Source: Octopus sinensis
Lineage: Eukaryota
Assembly: GCF_006345805.1 (NCBI RefSeq)
Contig: NW_021832231.1
Coordinates: 310,001-374,000, forward strand
DNA: 64,000 nt
Reading direction: 5' to 3'
Shown piece by piece: positions 43,386 through 56,510 of this stretch. Every line of letters starts with the position of its first letter. The first letter of the stretch is position 1. The notes below the pieces were generated by a model. That model had not been told where the DNA came from. It saw only the letters and a list, made by a program, of their open reading frames with translations, and ran no database searches. The position numbers and the translations under genes were made by a program.

Positions 43386-44517
43386 TTAAATCTCTATTTT
43401 AAATTTATATATGCCTAGAAATACAAAAATTGATAATACGCGACATTTTCAATCAAATTAGACTGAATCTTTTGCATTCACATCTAATTTAAAACAACCA
43501 CGAGAATGCCTTATTTGTCAGAAAATTTTAAATCGAAACAAAAAATCAAATTTAGAGAACCATTTTAACACAAAGCACGCGAATTTTGCAAAAATATTTA
43601 GTGGGTTACTCGCAAAAGAAAACTGGAAAAACTTAATTTTTTAATAAATTCATAATTATTATTGAATTTTTGTACAAGAATGTCAAAAATTAAATCTTCT
43701 CTAAAAATTTTTGCCGACCCCTGCACTACACATCACAAAGATAGAAAAACCATAGCAGCCTTCCTCTTCCAATCAAAATCATACCTAAAATTGACCCAGG
43801 TGAGAGATTATATATTCAGTTCGATAATCTTATTCTGGTTAATCATTTGTATTTTTCTTTGAACATGTTTTACCACCTTTTATTGCTCTTGTATTATTTT
43901 TTTGACCTCAATACAAAAATAAACACATCCTAACCAATCATAAAGAAAATAGTCGGACTATTTGCGTTTTGTATCACAAGTGGTTGTTTTTTAAAAATAT
44001 TTCAATTTTATTCTCAATACTGTGTCGCAGCGACAACACGTGACAAAGAGTATTCTTGCACATGATTTTTGTTGCGTATTTTCTACTTGGGACGCAAAAG
44101 ACCATAAAATGTATGCTCAAGCAATTGATCTTCTCAAAGATAGTGATTTAATCTTTCTCGTCTGGCTGTTTGCCGATTGTTAACAAGGCTGTTGCAGAAC
44201 AGTAATCTTTTATGCATGATCACGTTTAACGTAGTTATGGGAGTTAATGTGTATTCCGGTTTGATAAAATTCTAAAAACTCATGCGAATTCCTAGAATTT
44301 AAGCTAACCACAATAATTCTAATTCATATTGGTAATGACAATGTGTATTTTATACAATAATCAAATCGAAATAACATTAAATGCTTTCTTCAAAATAAAC
44401 ATTCGAACTGATACGATCATTCAACAATTTCTCAATAAATAAATTAAACAAATATATACCAATTTTATTAAAAAATTTCAGATTCGCAGAACCGAAGCAA
44501 TTATTTTATACGATCAA

Positions 44518-46954
44518 ATGTCAACTCGATGTACAGCAATAAAAAAATGGTTAGCGGTTGTCATTATTCTAAAATTGTCGCTAGCTATATATTCCAATCC
44601 GAAGTATAAAAATACGAATGTTTACTTTCATTTTATTTTTGTTTATTTATGAAAACTGGAGTAATTTTGAGAATTGTTTATTATAGTTATTTCATATGAC
44701 TACATAAGGATTGAAAATGTCACATGGTTTGAATACATGAGTTTATGGAGTACAAATTACAAACCGATAACAATGAATGGAGAATATTATAGGATGGTTG
44801 AATATATAAACATTGGTGATGGTAATTATATTCACATTTTTTTCGATCTAGGATGGATTGGAATGGAAATATTTTCTTATTGGAATATTGGATATGTTTA
44901 TGGGACTAAGGTTTGGAATTTGGACGGAAAGTCTAATTGATAATTCAATTTTAGATGTATTAAAGATTTGATTTCCTGCCAATGGGGGTTATCTCAGTTA
45001 AAGGACTGTCAGGAGAGATATTTCGGGTATTTAGTTCAAAATAACCACGATCAATATAAAATTTCAAACTGCGAAAAAATCCACTATTATTGTCCTAACA
45101 TAGATTCTATTTCAAAAGGTGACATTAAAGAATGTAAAAATGGAAATGGTAATAATAAAATTATTGTTTGTAAAAGAATCAAGAACTGTAACATGCAATT
45201 ACGACATCTTTAGGCAACTTCAGATAATCCAAGTCGAAAGCACAAATGAGGTAAACCGGAAAATAATTAATAGGATGTAAAAAACATTAACCAGTTTTTG
45301 AATTATGCAAATGCAAAAAATAACTTGACAGGAAAGGAAAGTGAGGTATTTTTTTACAGTAGAAAACAATTGCAACCACATTATATTGCATTTAGGCAAT
45401 TCTTTCTAAAATCAGCAATCAATTGTCTTATTCCAAATCCACAGTTTCTGATGAAATGGTGAAATCAACAAACATCAAGTCATACATCATTTTTAATTTA
45501 ATTAGAATTATGAAGACCATAACAAATATAATAATTTCTACTGATGCCAAACCCGGCACAACCAGATTTAGTTTAGAAAATTTTGATGCAAAGTTGTTGA
45601 CTTTGAACAGAACAAACATAAATTCGTCGATTCTAGATAATACTGAATCCGCAATTAAAATAAAATTTGACAAAAAACATCTTCAGGATTTAGTAGAAGG
45701 TAAAATAAAATATCTTACCTGTAAGAATCTGCAAAACTAAAAATAGCATTTGTTTTTTGGAAGAACGATGAACTTTTTAACATTTTTAATAAATCAAAGC
45801 TTCAGACATCTGTTGTGGGAATATTGGTGAATACTAACAAACCGATTCATAATTTGAAAATAAAACTTGAGTTTCCAGGAAGTATGTTTGTATAATAATA
45901 AACAAGATTTCACTATAAAATCAGTTTGTGTATATCTGAATGTGTCCACACAAGACTGGAAGTCAAATGGATGCACCAGTAAGATTACAAAAAATGGGAT
46001 ACAATGTACGTGTACTCATCTGACTAATTTTGCAGTCATTTTTGTATTTTTTGTGAAATAATTATTGCATATAGGACCCGTCTATAGTAAAAGAATATAA
46101 ATGGCTGAGCATTCTTACAAATGTTGGTCTTGCAATATCAATAATAACAGAGATTGTCGTCATTGTTTACTCGATTGTGTCGTGGAGGTCATGTGATTAC
46201 TTTAATTTTCAGAAATGGACATAAATCTTATTCATTTAAGTTATTTTTAAATTTATGCATTGCAATGCTTCTGATGAACCTTGTTTTTGCTTTTGGGATG
46301 GAATTCGGTAAAAATAGGAGTTGTGGGGCAGTTGGATTCCTACTGCATTATTTACTGTTGTCTGTGTTTGCCTGGATGACAGTAGAAGGAGTCTTCTTTT
46401 ACTATTTATTTGTCCGAGTTTTTGGAAATATTCCAGTCGATTTTTTAAAAATTGCATTTTGCACTGCTTGGGGTCAGTTTCTAATAATAAAATCAACTAG
46501 GCGTTCCCATCATTCCACCAATCATCATATCTGCTATTAATTGGAAAATGTATATGCAAAAACAAATGTTTTTGTTTAACTTCATTTTTAGATGCTGGCT
46601 TAATGGACTTGCATTATATTTGGGCTTATACTTCCCTATTGCTATTTGCTTAGCAATTAATATCATTATTTTCATACTCATCCTTATTAATCTCGATAAA
46701 AACAGAAGACGAAAAAAATTATTTTCAAGAAACATGTCGTCAAAATTTAAAGAATTCTTTTTGCTATTCGGATTAATATTCTTTTTTGGTAAATTATTTT
46801 TATTTTTTAAGGCATAACTTGGGTTTTTGGTTTTTTCATAAAATATAACCATTCAGTATTTCTGCAATTTATCTTCGTTTTCTTAAATTCGTTTCAAGGT
46901 TTTTATCTGGCTGCTTTGAGATTTTCCGCATATAAATACCAATCAAAACCTTAG
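44518..46954 (+). CDS. Adhesion GPCR, copy B (recent paralog of 10650-13086)
   Basis: Near-identical exon/intron structure, GPS and 7TM. Confidence 0.9.
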
Positions 46955-47689
46955 TCCAATTATGTAACTTAATACATTTAAAATATTTTTCGATTTAAAC
47001 TAATTAAGTAACGTGGTTTATTAAATGTAATAGTTATGAACTTGAATTCAAGTTATTTTGTAGATTTCATTAAAAGTGTAGTAGGTATTCTAATTTTTGT
47101 TATATTTCCCTTTACTTATTTCTTAAAATGATCATTTACTCTTTTTTTAATGTCGGTCTTGTTTAAAGTTTACCTAAATTTCAACATTTTTGTGTATAAT
47201 TAAGTTTTAGACGCAAATATTCCTGAGTTTTGCTTACATCTGGCGTTTTTCTTTTTGAAGATTGTTCTTTTTGTTTAAAGACTGACTTACATCTTTTTTT
47301 CCCTATGTTTCGTTCCCTCTAATTCTCTATCAAAAATCGACAATCTTGTCTACGAATCATAAATATAAAATCTCAATTCGAGTTGTACTGGTGACGGTTT
47401 TAACCCTGCCAGGCTACCTACACGTTTCGCAGGGATCGGAATTCGCTCCTGTGCGGACCTGGCTTTGCCTTGCTATTTTTTCCACCTCGGCTTTCAGGAA
47501 TTTTGTTTGCTCAGTTCTATTATCTTTTTTTGAATTCAACGAGTTTTTGGAATACTCCTCCGCCTGCTGTGTTTGCTGCTTATTTGGCCTTTGTTTCCTT
47601 GCGATTTCTTTAGTACAAAGGAGCTGAAACAAAATTTACTGTTTAAATACATTACCCAAACTTCGCTTAAATTCGGACCAACATTAGCT

Positions 47690-48375
47690 GGCCTCACTAT
47701 ACTGCATTTGTCAGCCGCATATGAGAGACTGGCTCAAAGCACTCCCTATCCCCAGTACGGGATTACTACTGGACGATGAATCCTTGCGGATTATCTGTTT
47801 ATGCTTGGGCTTGGACATCTGCTAGCCCCACCCATGCCGGTACGGAACCAAAATTTTGCGAACGGCTTGTACGCCTTGTCGTTCAAGAAGAATGTTAATA
47901 GAATTCCTTCCCACACTTAACTAAACGTTGTCAGGAGGGCTCTAGAGTCGGCAGGTTTTCTTTTCACTCTAAAGGCAGTCAGTCTCTTCCTGAGTGACGG
48001 TAAGCGTTTCGACGGGGTGACAACCTTTTTCTTTTAGGGAAAGAAAGTTTTTGGTTTGAGATGTCACCTGCGTCGACTTTTTTCTGCGGCGATGCAACCT
48101 AAGACTGTTAGCAACCCGAGCTTTGCCATTGCTCAGGCTACAACGTCAATGAAGAAGAAATTCTTGTGTATTCCGGATTTTTTGAGTTTGTCCCTTTTGG
48201 CTTTAAAACCTCAGGAATTGTCGGCAAGGCTGCGACTAAACTTTTCACTTACATTGGTAAAGAATCTCCTTGAAAACAAACGATTGGAGGGAGACAAGCT
48301 GGCTTTTCCAACGAATCTTGGTCGCTGTGCTCCGCGGAAACTGCCATTCGATACGCAGCGCGGCATCGTTGAGCT
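47690..48375 (+). mobile_element. CRE-like 3' fragment, heavily decayed
   Basis: RRALESAGF, DGKRFDG, DVTCVD, LFQRILVAVLRGNCHS. Confidence 0.7.
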
Positions 48376-48956
48376 GAGCTTCTTGGCTATTCTTTAGCTA
48401 CTTACCTATCTAGCCTCTAATTTTTTGGGACTTTCATTTATAAATATTTAATCTAAAAAATATCACGATCACGCTTTGATATTTATCGTTAAAGTGAAGA
48501 TTATCTCAAGCAGTGAATTGCACTTAATTCGTAAAAAGTGACTTCCTAGATAAATTTTCTTTATCTGAGATTGTCTCTACATTCTTTAAGAAATATAAGA
48601 TCAAGGAAAGTTGGCACGGATATATACAATTTATTTGAAGAAAACACTGTAGAGCACGTTCGTTGAATAAAAGTATGGTTCTGAAAATACGCCTTATTTT
48701 GCTAAAAAGGGATAACGACAAGATTCTATAATCGAAGAAGGCGAACAAAATAACTCCAATTGGTAACACCAATCATGGGAAGAGGATTACAGAGGTAAAC
48801 TTTTTTGTGGCTGTCGAGCAGCCTGTAAACTATTTAATTTAGCCATAATCACTTTACAAATTGGAAATATTTAATTAATCTTTTTTTTTTTTAATTTTTT
48901 TTTTATTAAAACTAGTTTTTTTTAATTAATCACGACAGAGAAAAACACTTAATTTA

Positions 48957-49396
48957 TCAAATAGTGTAACTTTTGTGTAGAATTGAAAGAGCCATTGCAA
49001 GCGCCTCTTTGTTGAGACAAAGCACACTCATTCTGTTGCGGAGAGGAAGCTCGGTGTTCTTCTTGCAGAGATGGCACACAACTGTCCATCCTGTTTTACA
49101 AATTTGATTGACTATGCATCGATTGCACATAGTATGTCGACATTTTGTAAGAATTTTCGGTTCTCTCAAGTATTCGTCGTAGATACGAGAACACGAGTTA
49201 CAAATCCCATCATTTACTTGTTCCATGATAATACCATCCGACTCTACTGAGCTAACTTCATCGATAGAATTTTCAGGAGTGTCGATTTTATTTATTGCTG
49301 CTAAGTCGAATAGAAAGTCTCTAAAAAGGTTTTCTGTGGGCTCTTCAACATGACTGCATTTTATATAATTCAAAATCTAACTAAAAATGTTCGACA
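48957..49396 (-). CDS. Small C3HC4 RING finger protein (TRIM-type RING)
   Basis: CNSC...PKILTKCRHTMCNRC...VVCHLCKKNT. Confidence 0.7.
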
Positions 49397-49869
49397 TTTT
49401 CTTCAAATATTTGTGGTGAATAATAATAGTCGTTTTTACGCGGAGATGAATTTGAGTATGAATCAGACATATTATTATCTCACGAACATTTTTGATTTAT
49501 ATACTACTCTAGAGCGATGTAATTTTAAGACATTGGATGACTTTGAAGTATAATATTTTTATGACATTTTTAGGATTAAGATTTTAGAATAATTATGTTT
49601 CAAAAACATAGTGATTCTATAACGAAATAAGTTGATTTTCCTTTCTAAAAAAGAGGAAATTAATCACTTCTTTGACTTATGTTCTCCTCCAAATTAGAGA
49701 CGTAGAAGAAATGTATTAATAGAATTAAATTTTGTAATAAATTATGTCAACGGAGAATCTTGTTTATCGTTCAATCGTATATTTTTGAAGAGTAAATTTG
49801 AATTGACCTGATTTTGTTTCTTTTTCGACTTTGTCCTTGATAAAAAGTCAATTTATAATGTAAATTAAT

Positions 49870-50450
49870 CTTTCATTTCTTCGTCCTGTGGAGTCCAACA
49901 GGGTGATCCTTTGGGCCCTTTATTGTTCGCTCTTACCGTAGATTATATTGCCAGGTAAATGAATCATCTCTAAATCTCTGGTATCTCGATGATTGTATCC
50001 TGGGCCGTCCGCCTGATGTTTTGTTAAAGGACTTAGCCACTCTAATTCCGGCGTTATCTAACATTAGTCTGGTCATTAATTCCAGCAAGTCTGAATTTGT
50101 CAATCTCTCTGTTGAGCCATCCATGTTTAAAAACTTCTTCTCTCTTTTCTGCGGACTCCTTCCTCAGTTGAGACAGACACCTCTGTCTGATCTAGTAATT
50201 CTGGGGTCACCGATTCTCGCCGACTCAGCTACACATATCCTCCTCGCCAAAAAAAATCTTATCGCATCTTTTTGTAAAAAACTTTCTGTCATTGATCCTC
50301 ATCCTTTATTTTCAAGAACTATCTTTTGATCCCAAAAATCATTTATATACTGAGGAGCTGTCTTTGTTTTTATGTCACGAAGTGCTGGAATCTTTGAGAA
50401 AATTCTTAATGTTCATTTCGATGATATTGACTGGTGTCAGGTAAACTTCC
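49870..50450 (+). mobile_element. CRE-like RT core fragment
   Basis: SSCGVQQGDPLGPLLFAL, LNLWYLDD, INSSKSE, ILGSPI. Confidence 0.8.
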
Positions 50451-50919
50451 TGTGAGTCACGGAGGTCTGAATCTCCGTTCCAGTCTTGATTTGGCTCTTC
50501 CTGCCTGAGAGACAAAGACGAATTCAATGATTCTATTTTTTTCGTAAAAAACTGCCACGTTTCCACTTTGAATAATTTCAGTAGTTTCAAAGCACATCTC
50601 TAAACCACACATCTGACTATCCGCAGAGAGGGCAACTGTAACAACCATAAGAGTAAAGTCACTATCAATCATTTGCCAACGCTATCTCTCGGATCACCTA
50701 AACAATCGTTTCTACAGATAAAGTTCGTCTCAGATGTCAAAAACAGACGACATAAATAGACGAAGGGGGCGATAATATATTTAATAAAATATTCGAATTT
50801 AAATATAATACAAGTATTTATACATGCTAATTTTAATGTTTCAGATTTATTAATATTTTTTCTATAGTGTTTATCCTTAAATATTTTATTCAAAATAACA
50901 CGCTGTTTTTACATCTAAG

Positions 50920-51427
50920 ATGTCTTCTCGCTCAAATAAGAAAAGTTGTCATTATCAAAACGAATATTTAAAATATGGGTTTATTCTAAGGACTGAAGAT
51001 ACAAAACAGCCTTATTGTCTTATTTGTCAATGTTCTTTTTCAAATGAAGCGATGAAGCCATCATTATTATAGGATCATTTAAAACGCAAGCACCCGGATA
51101 AAATGTCAAAGCCGATTTAGTATTTTCAAACTTTAAAATACAATTTTGAAAATAAGAAAACGATCGAATCGTTTTTCACAAAGCCAGTACATGATGGTTA
51201 TTTAACATTTACATGGTTATTTGTGGGTGCGCAGATCGCTTATTATAAAATTGTTGAAATTCAAGGGTCTCACTAATAATTTTTAATAAAAATTCAATTT
51301 TTGCATTTGATTTATTGTTGTATATTTTGATTTGTGAGTTATATACAAAAAAACTAATTAAGGGACAATGCACAAAAATTTTTAAATTGTATGTGGACGA
51401 TGAACAAAAAAAGGTCGAGAATGCCTG
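50920..51427 (+). mobile_element. hAT remnant (BED zinc finger plus terminal repeat)
   Basis: YLKYGF...YCLICQ...SNEAMKPS...HLKRKH; end ...AAAAAGGTCGAGAATGCCTG. Confidence 0.65.
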
Positions 51428-51574
51428 ACTTAAACAATCGTTTCTACAGATAAAGTTCGTCTCAGATGTCAAAAACGGACGATATAAATAAACGATAAAA
51501 ACAGCAATCTTAAGTAAAGAAAAAAACACCGAAATGTTATTTACAAACAAAATAGCAATCACGTCCACAAATAT

Positions 51575-53254
51575 TTATTGAATTAACGAATCAGATCCAA
51601 TTGTATCATCGGGATTACACCATAAATTAATCCCATTAAAAGGGAGATTTTGAGGAGAAAGTGTCCCCATCAACTGCATTACCGTAGCTTTCAAACTCCG
51701 ATTACTTACATACTCCCTTCTCCTTCCACAACTCGGAATGGGGACTGTCGACATATATTCCTCACCTACCAATCATACATCATCACTTACATAACTTGCG
51801 GGCTGCCAAAAGGTCTATTCGACAGCAAGGCTTCAGTCGTAGTGTAGAATATGACAACAACGAAGAACTGGAAGCCACACTGCGAGCCAGTTTCCCCACA
51901 GGAGTAACCACAAGACAGAACGACTCCCGATCTTTCGGCGGATTTGAAACATCGAGAGAGCCTCTAAAAACAGGAATAATTCCATATTTCCTCCACAGAA
52001 GCCAGCATTTAATACAAAGAGAGGTCTCATTAGTCGAATCCAGTTTATATATAGTCTCGGAGACACCACACCCTCCGCACGTGGCTTGAATTGACACTTG
52101 GCTCTCAATTGGATCCAAATAAGCCATTGTAATGGAAGTGACCTTCTTCTGCTTTTGTAGAGCCTTGGCAGACTTCTATTCCGTAATATCGACTAAATAA
52201 CCGTGGGGACATATCTGTTTGTGGTTTTCCAGATGTAATACATTTCTACTAGACTGGCGTGTGTCTTCCAAGGCAACTACAAATCATTCAACGACAAAAC
52301 AAAGCATTCTTTTATCGAAGAAAATTTTTTAGACGACTTTTCAAGACCTTGTTCGAAGAGACTGATCTCCGAGGGAGACCAACGTTCCAATTCGTCCAAA
52401 TAGAGAATTGGACTCCCCTCCGACATGAGCATTCCAACAGCTCTTTCAAAGTCGTAATCTGCTTCGTTCAAAATGTCATGAGCGAATTGAGTTGTCACAT
52501 CCCGACAGGCCGAGGACACGCTTGAATGAAGGGAAGGTTGACGTACAGAACTCACACAGTCAAAAGCCCGTGCCAATGTCCCAAGTCCACTGCAATGCCT
52601 CTTTATAAACTCATTACCGGGCTACTGTCAAATAATTCTCTATTTGAGCCATTTTAAAGTCGGCCTTCCATAACTGGGTCTCCCTTTCTTGGGGAAGCAC
52701 TCCATCAACTATTTTTAGATATTTTTGTTAGTACATGAAGGTTGTGGGGACAACACAGCCTGATTAGCAGAACCAATGTGTATTTCCCCTTTGTATTCCT
52801 TCATCTCTCCATCAGTGACTGTAAATTTGAAATAGAACCAGTCCTTGTGATAGAGGATAAAAAATACTTCTTTGGATGTTATTTCTTCTACAGTGTCAAA
52901 ATTGTTGAGGTGGACAACCACACATTTCCCGCGAACTGTCCCTGCTTCAATCCAACTGTCAGAATTAGACAGGAGGATCAATTCTCGACATTTTTTGGAG
53001 TCAACTAAGAATGGAATAAAAGAATTTCTCACCTAATTTTGGTAGTGGTTGGGTTCTCTGGTAGGATTGTACTTTCATCATGATTTGTCCTGTGGGTCCC
53101 TAATAGAGAATATAAGAAATAAAGAAGACAGGCTGCATTTCGATTATTTTTTTAATTTCGTAGGGTTTTTTGTAGTCTTCTTCAATATATACATGATCTA
53201 AAGATTATTATAATAAATTAAATTACCACCAACATTGTACAACGTATCATCCAT
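51575..53254 (-). CDS. MTA1: Metastasis-associated protein (NuRD; BAH-ELM2-SANT-GATA)
   Basis: YNVGDHVYIE, GEIHIG, LARAFDC..SVRQPSLH.S...ACRDVT, DELERWSPSEISLFEQGLEK, LPWK..SLVEMYYIWKT, LCIKCWLLWRKYG. Confidence 0.92.
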
Positions 53255-53314
53255 CACACACCAAAACAAATTAATTAATTAAAATCAAACAAAAATATAT
53301 TAAAAATAAAACAA

Positions 53315-54258
53315 TTAATATTTCAAATCCTCATTAATATTATCATAATAATGACTATGATTAAATTGAGAAATCCAAGGATGTTCTTGTGCCTCAGCAA
53401 GAGACATTCTCTCTCCAGGCTCACTCCTCATCAACTAAAAATACAAAAAAACTCAACTTACACTCAAAATAAAATCTTTAGCCTCCCTGGACACACATTC
53501 TGGCACAGAAAAGTCCATATTTTCAATATTTTTCATAATTTGTAGCTCACTCGAATGAGAAAAAGGAGTTTTCCCCACCAAAAGTTCATAGGAAAGCACT
53601 CCCAGGGCCCAAATATCAACAGAGTGGTCATATCCAAGTCCCCTGACCACCTCTGGGGACATGTACTCGACAGTCCCCCCCATCGTGATGCACCGGGAGG
53701 CATCTGGGTGGACGGATATCCCAAAATCGGAAAGACGGACAATATCGTGGAGTGCAAACAATACATTGGCGGGCTTTATATCTCGGTGGATAACCCCAAA
53801 TGAATGACAATGTTTAAGCGCGAAAATAAGTTCGGAAATTATCTTAATTGTTATTTAAGTATTACTCGTGAGGCTTCTCGTTCAGTGAGGGCCCCCCTTG
53901 CCTGTAATTTGTCCTCGAGTGACCCGTTGATGGCATGTTCCATGACTAAATAGACTGTCTCGTCGTCGTAGAAGTAGTCGAATAGTCTGAGGATGTAGGG
54001 ATGTCTTGTATGACTCACTCCACTTACCTCAAATGGTAGTGGAACTCTATTTCTCGGTAGACGTTGATTATTCCGTTTTTGGGGAGTCTGTCGTAGTCGA
54101 TTGCTTTTATTGCATATACGGTCTTTGTTTTCTTTTCTTGGACCAGGAATACATTTGCCAATGCTCCTGAGCCTATTTTCTTCCCGATTATAAAATCGTC
54201 TAAACAGTAGCGCTTTCTATTTTAATTATGTCATTATTGACTACTTATTGTCGCACAT
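53315..54258 (-). CDS. Aurora-like Ser/Thr kinase (divergent)
   Basis: LDDFIIGKKIGSGAFANVFL, REIEFHYHLRHPYILRLFDYFYD, HRDIKPAN, DFG, GTVEYMSPE, DIWALGVLSYELLVGKTPF, HPWI. Confidence 0.8.
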
Positions 54259-54470
54259 CGATATTTATTAATTTCCGGTATTTTATTTAAAATATAAGTT
54301 GTATATAAACTATTTATTATATAACTTAATTAAAAATTCGAATTACTGATCACATTATTTATATTTTTGCGATTTAACAAATTTCCCGGATTTTCTAAAC
54401 GATTCTTTTTAAAAAAATAATTAAAAAACTCTGATTTATATAAATATTATTTTTTTATTGTAACAGTTTT

Positions 54471-56510
54471 TAATAATTAATTTTTTTAATAAAAGAAAAA
54501 TAACAATTAAGTGGGGCATGCATCATTCAATAGAGAATTTAGTTAAGCATGCGTCGTGTGATTCGCCTTTTGTGGTGGCGCAAAAATCCAGTTATTGGAT
54601 TGAAAAAAGAATCATTCGCTCATCCCCCCGCGACTATCGTCAGTCCGGGGCGGCCTTCTCTGTGGACCTCACTCTCCCGTTTTGCCCTTCTCACTATCTG
54701 TGGGGATGTGGAACCTAATCCCGGCCCAAAGAGGCATATATCAATTCTCCAACTGAACATCAACGGAGTTACCGGAAAATCAACAGAACTAAACTCTTTT
54801 TTGATCAAGCATGATATCGACATATGTGTACTCCAAGAAACAAAACTCAATCCTTCTTCGAGGTCTCCACGTTTCCCCAACTACCACATGGAACGCCTGG
54901 ACAGACCCTCAGGCCGTGGAGGGGGTCTCATAACACTTATTAAGAAGGGAATCACTTACCAGGAGAGCTCCCCTTCGCTCAGCCCTAAAGGAAGCAAAAA
55001 CACGAGTCTGGAATTTTCTGCAATTACTATCCCCATCTCACTTGGAAACATAGTGATTTGCAATATGTATATCCCACCAACAGGATCGTGCCCGAAACAT
55101 TTTATCACAGATCTACGCCCGTTTGATAATCACGATAATCTAATTATTTGTGGGGACTTGAATGCAAAACACCCGCATTGTTTAAAGTCACAAACCGCTG
55201 ACTCCCGAGGAAAGTCTATTCTCGAGCAATTGGACAACCTTGTAATCCTGAACAACCCATCACTGCACACAAGAACTCCTTACAACACCAAGGACAAGCC
55301 TACCTCCCCCGATCTGACCCTCTGTTCCTCCAACCTCGCACCTCTGGTCAAATGGGGCGTTACCTACGATCTACGGACCACCTCGCACCTTGTCACTTTG
55401 ACGAACTTCATCTCAGATGGACTATCTACCAAACCGTATAACCAAAAAACGGTTATGTGCTCAGTGGATATCCATAAGGCTTTTGACTCCGTTCCCAGAA
55501 AAATACTGACCAGGAAAATATCCTTAGTGGAATTCACCCAAGACTGAAAATGTGGCTAGCTAACTTCCTCAGCGGCCGAAGAGGCAGAATCCAACAAAAC
55601 AATACAAGATCGATGTCTCGATACTTTCCAAACGGGGTCCCTCAAGGCTCCCCCCTTTCACCAGCCCTGTTCAACCTATTCTTATCGGATCTACCGCTAC
55701 CAAACGACAAAGACTCAATCATTTTATCATACGCTGACGATATCGTAATTGCTACCCGGAGCCGTGAGGTGAACACGGCGAGTACAAAACTGCAGAATCA
55801 CCTTAACAATCTCGAAAGTTGGCTCTCGCTAAACCGACTATCAACGAGTCCGGAAAAATCGGTCACCACGCTTATGACCTCAGCAAGGAAGCTTGGTAAA
55901 ACGGTGATGAACCTGTACCTAAATAACATGGAAATCCCGTTTCAAAAATCTCAGAAAATCCTCGGGGTGACTTACGACAGTCATATGTGTTTCTCTCAAC
56001 AAGTCGATAATATTACTACGAGGTGCATGAAGAAACTGAACATCTTGAAAGTGTTTCTTCGTAAATGCAGACAGTGTATCAGCTTCCCCGCACGACAAGC
56101 CTTATACCGGCAATTCATCGAACCCTCCCTTAGCTATGCTTGTGAGGCGTGGGGAGGGTTTATCAGTGGAACGAACCGCACTAAAATCGAGAAAACTCAA
56201 GATCGCTTTCGAAAAGCACTGCAGGGACCGAACGAACATCTACTCATCGCCCCATTTAATGAAATCTTGAGAAGAAACCTCGGGGCTACAGGGCCTAAAA
56301 CACCACCACCGCGCCCTCACAGAAATTGTGCCGGGACAAGGGAGGAGCACCGGGCAAAGCTGAGGACCCTCCTCAGAGAAGCCGGGATCACCTGATTAAT
56401 TAGTTTTATGTTTTGGACGGTGATCTTGGTTCTAATAATAATAATAATAATTAATTTTTTTAATAAAAGAAAAATAACAATTAAGTGGGGCATGCATCAT
56501 TCAATAGAGA
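54471..56510. repeat. 66-bp direct repeat (54471-54536 = 56445-56510), target-site duplication containing the INTS11 ATG
   Basis: Identical TAATAATTAATTTTTTTAATAAAAGAAAAATAACAATTAAGTGGGGCATGCATCATTCAATAGAGA on both sides. Confidence 0.93.
54537..56444 (+). mobile_element. Ingi/Vingi-like non-LTR retrotransposon, internally deleted, with 2A peptide, APE and partial RT
   Basis: LLTICGDVEPNPGP; APE motifs QLNING, LQETKL, YIPP, GDLNAKH, SPDLT; RT motifs DIHKAFDSV, GVPQGSPLSP, YADD, LGVTYD; (TAA)n tail; flanking 66-bp direct repeat. Confidence 0.9.

Noticed and set aside
45170-45180. Frameshift inactivating GPCR copy B (extra A)
   Set aside because: The extra base lies within a predicted intron (GTAATAAT...TGTAAAAG).
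47346-47632. Gag/zinc-knuckle-like ORF (CETCR)
   Set aside because: The motif is incomplete and interrupted by a stop, too weak to call.
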